Assembly: GCA_027622665.1 (NCBI GenBank)
Contig: JAQBYT010000005.1
Span: 96,001 to 160,000, forward strand
Length of the DNA stretch: 64,000 nucleotides
Origin: Verrucomicrobiota bacterium
Lineage (GTDB): Bacteria; Verrucomicrobiota; Verrucomicrobiia; Opitutales; Seribacteraceae
Direction: 5' to 3'
Positions 8,489 to 18,704 of the stretch are shown here, in pieces. The translations under genes and the position numbers were made by a program. Every line of letters begins with the position of its first letter. Positions within the stretch are counted from its first letter, which is position 1. The notes beneath the pieces are model-generated. The model was not told the DNA's origin and made no database searches. It saw only the letters and a program-made list of their open reading frames with translations.

Positions 8489-10555
8489 TTAATCTTTCTT
8501 AAAATGCTTGGGTCGGGGAATGTATTCTCCGCCTTCCCAGCGCAATTTGCGAAAGCGATCCACCTTTGACGAGGTCGCCGTGACATTCTCTGCGGCAAAG
8601 GCTTTGTCCGTCGAGTGATAATATCTGCTGTTCCAGCCGCTGACGTTGCTGGGAATGGACACGGTCGTACTAGTCTGGCCGCCCGCTTTCGGCATGCGGC
8701 TCTTGTGCTCGCGACTCTGCGCTTCGGCGTCGCGGAATTTTACCGTGACCACCTTATGCCAGTCGTCGAGCTTCTCGCCATGGACGTTCTCGAAGTCGTT
8801 CGGCTTCATGCGCAGAGTTTGCCAGCCCGCCTTCTCGAATTGGAAGTAGCCATAATAGAGAAACTGTCCGTTGTTTTGGCCCCTGAAGCGACGTCGGATC
8901 TCGATGCCGATCCAGCTCTCTGCCGCCGGCGAGTTGACGTCTATCACTAGTTCACTGCCTTTTGGCCCGATCCAGCGCGGGTCTACTAGCTTGCGGGTTT
9001 CGATCATCCAGTTCTTCGGCTTATCGAGGTTGCCGACCCAGTCGTGCAGACCACGCGAGAAGTCGTCGATTAGCCGCTGCGGCTTTTCGGTCGGCTTGAC
9101 GCCCGCAGCCGTCAATTCGTCGGGAATGGCTCGGTGATAGGTACTGCTGACCAGGAGGCCGGTTGTGCCGACCGTGTTCGGTGACTTGAAGTTGTGCTCA
9201 ATGTCGTAGGTGACATTGGCGTAGGCAAACAGTGGTTCGTCGTCGTAGAAGGTCGGGCACCGACCCTCCCAAACGCCGTTGTCCGTCTCCACTGCCACGG
9301 CGTCTGCCCAGTAGCGCAGTTGCGGCTGACGCCCATAGCTGTAATAGATATTCACCGAGCGAATCGGCAGTTTGCAATCTGCGTCCGACCGGACGCGAAA
9401 GCGTGGTACCCTGTCAGTCGTCTTCAGGATAAGCTCGCCCTGCGGTGTGCGCGGGAAAATGAAACCTGTCCTCTTTAGATGCTGCTCGAACCACATCTTG
9501 TCGGCGATGGCGGCCTCTGGGCTGGAACTGTGATTATAATGGGCGGGCATCACGAGCCGTTTGTCGACTCCCGGGGGCATAGAGTTCATGGCTCGCACAA
9601 CGTTGTCGGTAGGGGAATTAAAGTCGTTGGAAGCGGCCAGAAAGAGCAGAGGAGCATGCATGGCTTTCCAGTTCGCATCGCAACTGACGGTATCGAGAAA
9701 GAGCTGCTGCTGTGCTTTGTCCTCCATCCCTTCGTTGCCACGAGTATTCTGGACTAACCAAGGATAGTCCTCCCACCAGAATCCAGATCCGCCCATCGAG
9801 GGCACGACGGCCTTGAGGCGGGGATCGGTGGCTGTGCGGATGGTCATAACTCCCCCGGTGGAGTGTCCCCTAAATCCGAGTTTGGCGGGATCTACCTCGG
9901 GGCGACTCTGAAGAAAGGTCAACGCTCGGCGCATTCCCACCATTCGAAGGTACATGGCCTCGTTTCTCGGGCTGAGGATGTCGTCGATGGTATTCGGACC
10001 TGGTGCTAGACGTCCCTTTCCGTAGCGAACATCGGGCTTTCTCATCGCAGGATTAAATGAGCCATAGTACGTATTTGGCAAACCTTCGAATCGTTTATCC
10101 CAAGGCTGGGCTCCATTGTTGGGGCAAAAGGCAGCATAGCCATTCATTGCCCAGTTCTTGGGTCCGCCAATCGATGCCTTTTGCCCGCCTCCATGACAGA
10201 CGACTAGAGCCGGCAGGTCTCGATCGTATTTGCCTTTCGGGGCGGCGTAGAAACCCGCGAGCTTCAGCATCTCTCCCTTGAATTTTCCGATGTTAAATCG
10301 AACAAGGCGAAGTGTCACATCATGTTCCTCCCATGTTTTGAGAACTTCGGTTTCTAGAGAAGTGCTCTTGTTCATGGCGGGAAAATCGGCCCAGAGCTCT
10401 TCGAGGTTTTGAGGAATCTTTGGCTCTGAGAATGCCATCGAACCCGCGAATGCTAGGCATGCAAACCCTAGTGATCTTGCCCAAGCAGGAGAAATGAAAC
10501 CAAAGGCAAACAATGATAGAAGAAACAAGTGAATCATAGAAAAAAACTTTACCAT
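8489..10555 (-). CDS. Secreted alpha/beta hydrolase (dienelactone hydrolase / acetyl-xylan-esterase-like) with C-terminal beta-sandwich
   Basis: HGGGQ oxyanion motif, GHSTGG nucleophile elbow, SNDF and HYNH candidate Asp/His; C-terminal LIDDFS...GWQTL CBM-like domain. Confidence 0.8.
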   Translation of the reverse strand: MVKFFSMIHLFLLSLFAFGFISPAWARSLGFACLAFAGSMAFSEPKIPQNLEELWADFPAMNKSTSLETEVLKTWEEHDVTLRLVRFNIGKFKGEMLKLAGFYAAPKGKYDRDLPALVVCHGGGQKASIGGPKNWAMNGYAAFCPNNGAQPWDKRFEGLPNTYYGSFNPAMRKPDVRYGKGRLAPGPNTIDDILSPRNEAMYLRMVGMRRALTFLQSRPEVDPAKLGFRGHSTGGVMTIRTATDPRLKAVVPSMGGSGFWWEDYPWLVQNTRGNEGMEDKAQQQLFLDTVSCDANWKAMHAPLLFLAASNDFNSPTDNVVRAMNSMPPGVDKRLVMPAHYNHSSSPEAAIADKMWFEQHLKRTGFIFPRTPQGELILKTTDRVPRFRVRSDADCKLPIRSVNIYYSYGRQPQLRYWADAVAVETDNGVWEGRCPTFYDDEPLFAYANVTYDIEHNFKSPNTVGTTGLLVSSTYHRAIPDELTAAGVKPTEKPQRLIDDFSRGLHDWVGNLDKPKNWMIETRKLVDPRWIGPKGSELVIDVNSPAAESWIGIEIRRRFRGQNNGQFLYYGYFQFEKAGWQTLRMKPNDFENVHGEKLDDWHKVVTVKFRDAEAQSREHKSRMPKAGGQTSTTVSIPSNVSGWNSRYYHSTDKAFAAENVTATSSKVDRFRKLRWEGGEYIPRPKHFKKD

Positions 10556-10720
10556 GAATTTACCTTATATGATTTTGGAAAAGACCATTTTCTTCGATTT
10601 CAGAATTTTCAAATAGGGAAACCGCTATTGGTAGAGCTACAGCCTATTCTTTCCGAATCAAGGGGCGAAACATGAGCTTCTTTGACGGCGTCTTGGAGGA
10701 ACTTGAATCTTGGGTAGGCT

Positions 10721-11563
10721 CTACTTGCGGCGCAAGGGAAATTTGCGATTTGAGATCGGCACGCGGATGGAGTTTAACTCTTTGCGATCCAAGGCTCCGT
10801 CTTTGTTGCGGTCTGCGTCACGTATAAGCCCGGACAATTCTTCCAGTTCGACCTTCCCGTTTTTATTGGCGTCATATTGCATGAGGTGATCGGCTAACCC
10901 CGATCGACCGAATGGCGGGCCACCGGGCCGTTTCGTGAGATCCGTCGGTCGAGAGGAAGCTTTCTCTTGATTGGACTTTTCAAGCTCTGCCTTGCGTGCG
11001 GAAATTCGTTTTTCAGGTGACGGCCTGTCGTATCGGGCCCATTTTCCCCAGACTTTCAAGTATTCCGGGATATGGAGGATGCCGTTTCTATCCGTGTCGA
11101 GATCCACAAAAACCTGTGCGGCCAATTTCTTGTCGGGCATGGCATGCTTGATGAACTCCGTGCGCTCCACCTTGCCATCCTTGTTTGCGTCCATGGCTTG
11201 GACGATCGTCTTTGCCTCGTCGGTGATGATTCGATTAAGTACGTATTCGGCTCTCGATACGCATCCATCCCGATCGTTGTCGGAAGCATTGAATATTCCT
11301 GCCCGCGATTGCGGATTTAGGTATTTCCCGTTGTCGACGTACTCGACTTTCGAATGCCTGCCATCGTTGTTCTTGTCCGTAAAGTCGAAGAATCTCGAGT
11401 ATCCCTCGATCTTCTGAAGATCGACCCCAGCTTCCATTTTCGCCCCGAGTGGACCCAAGGGGGTCCCCGGCTTAAAACCTTCCGGTCTGATTGATTTCGC
11501 ACAGGTGGCATGAAGGGCAAGGAACAGTAAAATGGAGTGAGTGAGGGGGTGCAGGGCGTTCAT
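10721..11563 (-). CDS. Secreted EF-hand calcium-binding protein
   Basis: Six DxDxDG-type loops (DKNNDG, DNDRDG, DANKDG, DTDRNG, DANKNG, DRNKDG); signal peptide. Confidence 0.85.
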   Translation of the reverse strand: MNALHPLTHSILLFLALHATCAKSIRPEGFKPGTPLGPLGAKMEAGVDLQKIEGYSRFFDFTDKNNDGRHSKVEYVDNGKYLNPQSRAGIFNASDNDRDGCVSRAEYVLNRIITDEAKTIVQAMDANKDGKVERTEFIKHAMPDKKLAAQVFVDLDTDRNGILHIPEYLKVWGKWARYDRPSPEKRISARKAELEKSNQEKASSRPTDLTKRPGGPPFGRSGLADHLMQYDANKNGKVELEELSGLIRDADRNKDGALDRKELNSIRVPISNRKFPLRRK

Positions 11564-11570
11564 GGAATTG

Positions 11571-12806
11571 TTATTTTTTGCTTGGGTTCTCGAACCAGAT
11601 CACGCCCCATCCACCGTTCTCCTCGGTGGTGACGACATCGAAGTCCCCGTCGCCGTCGAGATCACCGAGCCAGGCATTGTCCATCTTCTTGCGGGTCTTG
11701 GAACCGGGTAGGGATACGGGGACGGCCTTCCAGTTTTTCGCTTCCATGGGATCACCCGAATAGGTCGTGGTCCAGATGTCGCCCTGCTTGGGGATGACCA
11801 GAATTTCGTTCTTCGCCGGATCCCCGTCGAGGTCCGTCACGACCACGCCCTTGGGGAAGTTGCCACTGGGTTGGTCGATGATGATTTCCTTGTATTCAGG
11901 TACGCCGCTCCGGTTGGTTCGAATGAGGACGATGAGCTTGCGGGCAAGTTTGCCGAGGCTGCCACCGGTAATGACGAAGTCCTCGATCTTGTCCCCGTTG
12001 ACATCCCCCATGGTCATGAACATGGGCTCGTGGTGAGTGTGCAGGGTCTTGCGTTTCCATGGACCGGTTACCTTGTCTTTGCCCGGGTTGACGTACCAGC
12101 AGATCTCGCGTCCACGGTCGGGCACGACCATGTCCATGTCACCGTCCCCGTCAAGATCGCGCATGATGCAGTTCATGGGCCAACGATTCTTGCCCATGAC
12201 GTGCTTTGTCCAGTTCTTCGCGTTATGCTTATCTGCCTTGGGCTGCCTGTACCATTCCTGGGAACCGACGATTAGGTCGTTGAGACCGTCGCCGTCTACA
12301 TCGGTTACGGTGGGTACTCGACGCTCGTAGTCGAAGAGCGTCATCTTGTTCCAAGCGGAGGCATCCTTGAGCTTGTCTTTACCCGGGTTGAAATAGACCC
12401 AACCCCCGTTGGCGACGTAATCGAGGTCACCGTCGCCATCGAGGTCCCCGATGCCGGAGTCTTCGCACTTCCCATGTTTGAACTCGATGAAATCCGTCCA
12501 TGGGCGCCTGACCTTCTTTGGTCCTGGATTGAAATAGAGTCTGCTGTACTTTCCTTCCTCGAAGTTGACGAACAGGTCATGGTGTCCGTCCTTGTCCCAG
12601 TCATGGATGTTGATGCCATCCGGTCCGTGATCCCTCGGGTCGGCTTGCACGACGTGACAACGCCAGCCGCTAGGTCCGGGTTTGCCGACGTACTGCTTCC
12701 AAGCGTCTTTCTTTTCGGCAAGTTTTTCTTTGGCAAATACCGTTCCAATAGCGAACATGCTAGTGACTACGATACCTGCACACCTGATAACATCTCTTCG
12801 ATTCAT
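11571..12806 (-). CDS. FG-GAP/VCBS repeat beta-propeller protein
   Basis: Repeated DLDGDGDxD / DVDGDG motifs and WxxNPG; N-terminal NRRD (Tat-like) signal. Confidence 0.88.
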   Translation of the reverse strand: MNRRDVIRCAGIVVTSMFAIGTVFAKEKLAEKKDAWKQYVGKPGPSGWRCHVVQADPRDHGPDGINIHDWDKDGHHDLFVNFEEGKYSRLYFNPGPKKVRRPWTDFIEFKHGKCEDSGIGDLDGDGDLDYVANGGWVYFNPGKDKLKDASAWNKMTLFDYERRVPTVTDVDGDGLNDLIVGSQEWYRQPKADKHNAKNWTKHVMGKNRWPMNCIMRDLDGDGDMDMVVPDRGREICWYVNPGKDKVTGPWKRKTLHTHHEPMFMTMGDVNGDKIEDFVITGGSLGKLARKLIVLIRTNRSGVPEYKEIIIDQPSGNFPKGVVVTDLDGDPAKNEILVIPKQGDIWTTTYSGDPMEAKNWKAVPVSLPGSKTRKKMDNAWLGDLDGDGDFDVVTTEENGGWGVIWFENPSKK

Positions 12807-12971
12807 ATTATTCTTCTCAGTATGCTTCGCACTCTTCGTTCTTCAAGTAATTCTTGGCTTGAAGACAATGTATTCGTTCGATGGTTGAAAGACTTATTCA
12901 AGTCAAGAGCTTGGCCAGCCGTTTGATTCGCTCGACTCTTACTGCTAATTAAAGTTCTAATCGATTTTCAT

Positions 12972-14120
12972 ATGAAGTCGGTCACAATGCTATCTTGTTG
13001 TATTTGCTCTTTTGCTTTTCAGGATCAAGCCGTCTTTGCGGTCTCGCGACTCAATGTCCTGTTCATTGCGATCGACGACTTGAGGCCGGAGCTAGGATGT
13101 TATGGTTCGCCCATTGCGAAGTCACCTGTACTCGATGCGCTTGCTGCTGATGGATTGCGTTTCAACCGGGCCTATTGTCAGTAAGCCATTTGCAGTCCTT
13201 CGCGAGCCAGCTTGATGACCGGAGCTAGGCCCGATACTATCCGCGTAGTCGAGAACACGGCCTATTTCCGAGAACTTAATCCGGTTATCGCAACCTTGCC
13301 CCAGCACTTCATCGCTAATGGTTACGAGGCTGTATATTGCGGGAAAATCTATCATGCCCGTATGACGGACAACGAGCATTCCTGGAGCCGCAAGCCTTCC
13401 TTCAATCGTTGTCCGGTTAAGAGGAAGTGGTTGCCCGGGAACTATGCTCTGCCGGAAAACCAGAAACTTTGGTCCGCAAACAAGGAGAAGATGCTCACCA
13501 AATACGGTAAAGAAGGCTCGGGAGGGCTGATCCATGGACCGGCGTCCGCTGACGTTCCCGACCATGCCTATGAGGACGGGTACCCGAGTGGCGATCGCCA
13601 CCTTGAAGGATCATCTGGAAACAAAGCCCAAGCAACCTCTTTTCCTCGCCCTTGGTTTTACCAAGCCCCACCTCGATTTCATCGCCCCCAAAAAATACTG
13701 GGACCTTTACGACCCAAAGGCAATCCAGTTGGCTATGCAAACCAAGGGACCAATGGGTGGGGCGGCGACCGGTTTGCATGCTTCCTTCGAGTTGCGCACC
13801 CGGCATGGTATTCCCAAGAAGGGCCCCATCGGGCCGGAATTGGCCAAGACCCTTCTTCACGGCTATTATGCCTGCGTCAGTTATGTTGACGCCCAGATCG
13901 GCTTGATGCTGGAAGCCTTGAATGAGGCCGGTATCCGGGAAAACACAGTGATCGTAGTCTGGGGTGACCATGGTTGGCATCTCGGAGACATGGGCATATG
14001 GGGCAAGGCGACCAACTACGATATTGCTACTCGCGTACCCCTAATAATTTGGACACCCGACATGAAGGTTCGCGGTAAGCCTACCAATGGACTGGTGGAG
14101 CTAGTCGATATGTACCCACC
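12972..14120 (+). pseudogene. Iduronate-2-sulfatase-like sulfatase pseudogene
   Basis: [12 protein letters not shown]...RAYCQ*AICSPSRASLMTG with in-frame TAA at 13182; frameshift near 13585; FLALGFTKPH, WGDHGWHLG, VELVDMYP; truncated at ~14120. Confidence 0.9.
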
Positions 14121-15416
14121 GAAGCGATCGAGACTTCAGCAACACGGCCCTTATCGGGGAAATCCTTAAGCCAGCGAGGTATCGAACTTGGTGGTCCGGT
14201 AAACACCATGCGAGCTTCAATCCGCACGAGCGGGGGTTCGATCAATTTTCAGGATTTCTCGGAGGAGCGATCAACTTTTGGAATCCCGGAGACAAGGCAA
14301 GACAGGGCGAGGATGCCCCGGGTTGGGGGGCGGTCTACACCTGGGCATTTGATAACAAATGGGTAAAGCCTTACCTTCCCCCCAAGGGTTTTTATGCGAC
14401 CGATGCCTTTACCGATTGGGGCTTGGAATGGCTGGACGAAAAAGAGAGTACGGCTGACCCCTTCTTTATTTATTTGGCCTATAACGCGCCACACTGTGCC
14501 GCTCCATGCCCATCCCGATGACATCGCAAAGTACAAAGGAGTTTATGACTCGGGTTACGAAGCTATTCGGAAAGCTCGATACGAAAGACAGTTAGCGATC
14601 GGTTTGTTTAACGAAGTGGTGACTCCCCTGAGTGAACCGGAACCCAAGCCATGGACAACTCTATCTTCAAAAGAAAGAGACGAGGAAGCCCTGCGCATGG
14701 AAATTCATGCCGCCATGGTTGATCGATTGGATCAAAATGTCGGGCGTTTGCTCGGTAAGTTGCGTGAACTCGGAAAACTGGAAAATACATTGATCATCTT
14801 CTTGGTCGACAACGGAGCCAGTCACGAGAGGCCTAAAAGAGGAAAGAAAGACCCCGCTTCTACATGGGGAAGCGTGGGTTCCTTTGAAGCCATCGGGCAA
14901 TCATGGGCGAATGCCACCAATAGCCCGTTCAAAAAGTGGAAGGTGCAAGGAATGAAGGGAGGAATATGCACGCCCGTGATTGCGCATTGGCCCAACGGCA
15001 TTAAGGTTCCCAAAAAATCGATTTCCCGCGAACCTTGCCACTTGATTGATTTCGTGCCGACCTTTCCGGAGCTGGCAGGGGAACGATCGGTGTATCCGGG
15101 AAACCTTCCCGATTTGGACGGCATTAGCCTAACCCCGACCTTTACGGGGGGGAAGTTGCATAGGGGAAAGCCACTCTTTTTTCAATATGGTGGCTGGCAA
15201 GTCATCCGGGAAAATTCTTGGAAACTCGTCCAACACAAGAGCGATCCTTGGCAGTTGTATGACTTGAGCAGGGATCGCACGGAAACAAAAAACCTTGTCT
15301 CCGCTTATCCTGAACGGGTTTTACAAATGAAAACTCGCTGGGAAGATTGGGCCAAGGAAGTCGACCTCCAGGTTAAACGCCCAAAGAGTAAAAAGAAACC
15401 TACGAAAAAGAAATAG
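14116..15416 (+). pseudogene. Arylsulfatase pseudogene (5'-truncated, frameshifted)
   Basis: Unlisted frame reads ...EILKPARYRTWWSGKHH...RGFD...FYATDAFTD...YLAYNAPH, then one extra base at ~14497, then PLHA...MVDRLDQNVGRL...DNGA...WQLYDLSRDRTET; N-terminus with CxPxR is missing. Confidence 0.88.
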
Positions 15417-15720
15417 CCTGAAACGAAACCCCATTTCCTTTGTTATTTTCTTCTTTTCCTTTCGGCTGTATTCACGGAGCTGAAATGCCAAAGTCGAGGA
15501 CTGGAAAGTAACCTAGGATCGCTCATCCCCTAAAGCTTGGTAGCTTCCACTGCAATAAGCCCGTCATTGGATTCGGAAAAAGTTATTTTCTGTCCTTTGT
15601 TTCCGGCGATAATCCCGAATTCAACTCCCGAAACGGGTCGCTCGCGGAAGAAATCCTCCTCTATAGTTTTTGACCGCTGGCACCAGTACCAGCGGTAGAG
15701 CAAGTTGTTCTTAAAGCGCT

Positions 15721-15900
15721 TTGCGAGGTGAGCCGTTCGGTTGGGCGACTACGAGTTTGCACTCTTCCTTTGAATTGCGAATTCGACACGGGATTCCACA
15801 GAAGCGCCCAATTGGCCCGGAGTTGGCTCGAGCGCTCGCCTGTGCAAGTTATTTCGTTGCCCGGATCGGCTTGATGCTGAAAGCATTGGAAGGAGCCGGT
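15721..15900 (+). pseudogene. Degenerate fragment of a third, IDS-like sulfatase
   Basis: LHSSFELRIRHGIPQKRPIGPELARAL...IGLMLKALEGAG aligns with LHASFELRTRHGIPKKGPIGPELAKTL...IGLMLEALNEAG at ~13770-13932. Confidence 0.8.
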
Positions 15901-16695
15901 TCAGAGGGCCTTTTTCAAGTGCCCTGGCACATCGGTGGTTACTGATTCTACTCCGAGCGCTTTCAAGCGTTTGGCGGTTTTCAGATCGTTGACTGTCCAT
16001 ACGTGCCACTCGAAGCCTTCCTCTTGGATGCGCCTTGCCGTATGCTCGGGGATACCGTGGTGGGAGTCGAGCCCATCTGCCTTGGTTGAACTGAGCGTCT
16101 GGAGTACGGTCTCTAGGGAAGGAACCCAGTGACCTTCCTTATTTCGCTTGAAGTTTGAGAGCCAATAGACCTTGTGCTGGGGGGCCTTGATCTTGAGCAT
16201 TCGGACGACTTCTGTGTTGAAGCAAATCATCGTCACCTGTTCGTCATTAAGCTCGGATTTCTTGATTTCTTCGAGCAAAGGAGGGATGATTTCTTTTCCG
16301 CACTTAATCTCTATGAAGATTTTTTTGCCCGCTGGAATCGTCGCAAGCACCTCGGCAATCGTAGGGATTTTCGTGCCCGTGAATTTTCCTCCCTTGCCCA
16401 AACCAACATCCAGTTCCTGCAATTGAGCGAGGGTCGATCCCTTGACGATGAGTTTCCGGCCGGCTAGGCGTTCGGTGCTTTTGTCATGAATGCACACGAT
16501 TTCATTGTCCTTGGTGAGAAGAAAGTCGCCTTCAATCGCATCCGCCCCCTGTTCCCATGCCAGCATGAAGGCCGCTAAAGTGTTTTCAGGGGCATCTTGC
16601 GATGCGCCTCGATGAGCAACGACGAGAGGCTTGGCGTACAAGGCAGGAGCACATGCGAAGAAGGATGAAGCTACCACTAGGGGTATTTTTATCAT
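15901..16695 (-). CDS. Glycerophosphodiester phosphodiesterase (GDPD)
   Basis: VAHRGAS, PENT, IEGD, CIHD, IEIK, WTVN, TTD motifs. Confidence 0.93.
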   Translation of the reverse strand: MIKIPLVVASSFFACAPALYAKPLVVAHRGASQDAPENTLAAFMLAWEQGADAIEGDFLLTKDNEIVCIHDKSTERLAGRKLIVKGSTLAQLQELDVGLGKGGKFTGTKIPTIAEVLATIPAGKKIFIEIKCGKEIIPPLLEEIKKSELNDEQVTMICFNTEVVRMLKIKAPQHKVYWLSNFKRNKEGHWVPSLETVLQTLSSTKADGLDSHHGIPEHTARRIQEEGFEWHVWTVNDLKTAKRLKALGVESVTTDVPGHLKKAL

Positions 16696-16787
16696 CTCAC
16701 ATCGCTATAACCGCTCCATACTCAACGCGAGTCTGATCGAGATTGCCTGTCGCTTATCATTCATCTATCCCCATACAAAACACTTAG

Positions 16788-17549
16788 ATGAACTCAACAA
16801 CTCCATCCCTTTGCAGGAGGCTAACCATTTTCCTTGTTTTCCTGTTGTGCCTTATCAATCTCGCCGCCGAAAAGAAGAATCCCGGAACCGTGGTCTTAAC
16901 CTTCGACGACTCAGTCGCCAGTCAGGCTACCTATGTTGCTCCACTGCTTAAGAAGTATGGCTTTGGAGCGACCTTCTTCATCACCGAAGGCTTCGACTTT
17001 GCCAAGGACAAGAAGAATTACATGACTTGGGAACAAATCAAGAAGCTCCATGCGGACGGCTTTGAGATCGGTAACCACACTCGCAGGCACCTGACGGTGA
17101 CCAGACAAACAGCCGAGCAAATGAATGCCGATGTCGAGTATATCGAGAAGCAATGCGAAAAACACGGAATACCCAAACCTGTCAGCTTTTGCTATCCTGC
17201 TTACCAGACAAGTGACCGAGCCGTAGGCATTTTGCGTGTCAGAGGCTACCGCTTTGCCCGTACCGGGGGATCTCGGGCTTACGATCCAGTCAGGGATGAC
17301 CCACTCCTCATGCCGCAAGCCTTCGACGGCAAACCGAAGAGCACGCTCGAGCAGTTCAAGGAGGCGGTAGCCAAGGCAGTCGACGGCAAGATCGCGGTGA
17401 TGACTTTTCATGGGGTCCCCGACGTCCAGCACCCTTGGGTGAACACTGACCCGAAGAAATTCGAGGCTTACATGAAGCATTTGAAAGATGCTGGCTGTCA
17501 AGTCATCGCCTTGCGGGATCTAAAAGTTTCCAAGCCATCCGAAAAGTAA
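16788..17549 (+). CDS. Polysaccharide deacetylase (NodB-like, CE4)
   Basis: LTFDD, ATFFI, EIGNHTRRH, FCYP, MTFHGV motifs; signal peptide. Confidence 0.9.
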   Translation: MNSTTPSLCRRLTIFLVFLLCLINLAAEKKNPGTVVLTFDDSVASQATYVAPLLKKYGFGATFFITEGFDFAKDKKNYMTWEQIKKLHADGFEIGNHTRRHLTVTRQTAEQMNADVEYIEKQCEKHGIPKPVSFCYPAYQTSDRAVGILRVRGYRFARTGGSRAYDPVRDDPLLMPQAFDGKPKSTLEQFKEAVAKAVDGKIAVMTFHGVPDVQHPWVNTDPKKFEAYMKHLKDAGCQVIALRDLKVSKPSEK

Positions 17550-17623
17550 CTGCTCGCGACCAAAATTATCGGACGGAGTACGAATCAAGGTGACGCTCGA
17601 TGAAGACACTTGTGTTGGGATAC

Positions 17624-17663
17624 TCGAAGTGCAGGTTGTCTTCGAAGTGCAGGTTGTCTTCGA
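17624..17663. repeat. 18-bp perfect tandem duplication
   Basis: TCGAAGTGCAGGTTGTCT x2 followed by TCGA. Confidence 0.85.
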
Positions 17664-17819
17664 GCACTGACCTGATCCTGCAAGTTTGAGTCGGTTCCGT
17701 ATCGAAACGATTGGTCAAGGACTTCGTTTGTTGCCTTACCGGACTGTATAGCAACATATAAATGTCCTAAATCTTGACGCTTTTGATATTTGAGTGTTAG
17801 TTGAAGTTTCAATTTAGCA

Positions 17820-18614
17820 ATGAGTAGTCCATCTTCTGAAAATCGTTATCAAGTGCCGGGCTTGGACCGTGCTCTTTCTGTTATCGAATTGTTGAACAAG
17901 CATCCCGAGGGATTGCTCGTAAATGAGATGTCGGAGTTGTTAGGTTTCCCTACTAATAGCGTCTACCGCATCATGCACACACTCGAGCGGCGTGCTTATG
18001 CTAGAAAAAACCCCAACGGTTCCGGTTACGTGCTTTCGGAAAAGTTTCTCACTCTGGCGACTCCTGTTGCCGGTGATCCGGGATTTCTCGAAAATGCCTT
18101 GCCCGTTATGAGGCGACTGCGGGATCTGACAAAGGAGACGGTATTGGCGGGTGTGTTGCTGGAAGATAGTGGCGTTGTTTTGGAGCAAGTGCCCGGATTG
18201 CATAATTTTTGCTTCAAGGTGAACCCCGGATTGCGCTTTCACCTCCATTGCGCTGCACCCGGGAAGGCGATGCTGGCAGCATTGCCTTTCGACGAAAGGG
18301 AAAAATTCATAAGCAACATGGATTTTCCTCGTTTTAACGACAGGACCATAACTTCGCAAAAAGACTTTGCCGAGGAGCTTAATAAGTCTAGAGATCTAGG
18401 CTATTCGGTAGATCATGCGGAGGAGATCGAAGGTCAGCACTGTATAGGTGCTGCGGTATTGGATCGTCGGGGCTATCCAGTCGGTTCGATTTGGATTACG
18501 GGTCCATCTGTACGAATAGAGGAAAAGGATTTCCATCAAATCGGTGGCCAAATTCGTGACCACGCAGATCAAATTTCGCACGCCCTTGGTTACGTATCCT
18601 TCCAGGTAGCCTAA
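17820..18614 (+). CDS. IclR family transcriptional regulator
   Basis: LDRALSVIELL...wHTH; HCAAPGKAMLA, TIT, GYSVD.EE..G..CIGAAV motifs. Confidence 0.95.
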   Translation: MSSPSSENRYQVPGLDRALSVIELLNKHPEGLLVNEMSELLGFPTNSVYRIMHTLERRAYARKNPNGSGYVLSEKFLTLATPVAGDPGFLENALPVMRRLRDLTKETVLAGVLLEDSGVVLEQVPGLHNFCFKVNPGLRFHLHCAAPGKAMLAALPFDEREKFISNMDFPRFNDRTITSQKDFAEELNKSRDLGYSVDHAEEIEGQHCIGAAVLDRRGYPVGSIWITGPSVRIEEKDFHQIGGQIRDHADQISHALGYVSFQVA

Positions 18615-18704
18615 GATGATCGTTGTCATGGCTAATATAGATAATTTTCCTAATAATTGTTTGATTTCCAAAAAATTATGATCACAGCATTCCTTCCGAA
18701 AAAC

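Noticed and set aside
13182..13184. Possible stop-codon readthrough next to the sulfatase active site
   Set aside because: The codon is TAA (not Sec/Pyl), and the gene also has a frameshift and a truncation
15420..15720. Intergenic stretch with a CCGCTGG...CCAGCGG hairpin as a possible ncRNA or attC site
   Set aside because: Single 7-bp stem, no attC core sites, no repeat elsewhere in the window
17624..17663. CRISPR array
   Set aside because: Only two abutting 18-bp copies, no spacers, no cas genes
17774..17812. IclR promoter TTGACG and near-palindrome TTGAAGTTTCAA
   Set aside because: -10 match is weak and the palindrome is short in AT-rich DNA; not supportable without comparison
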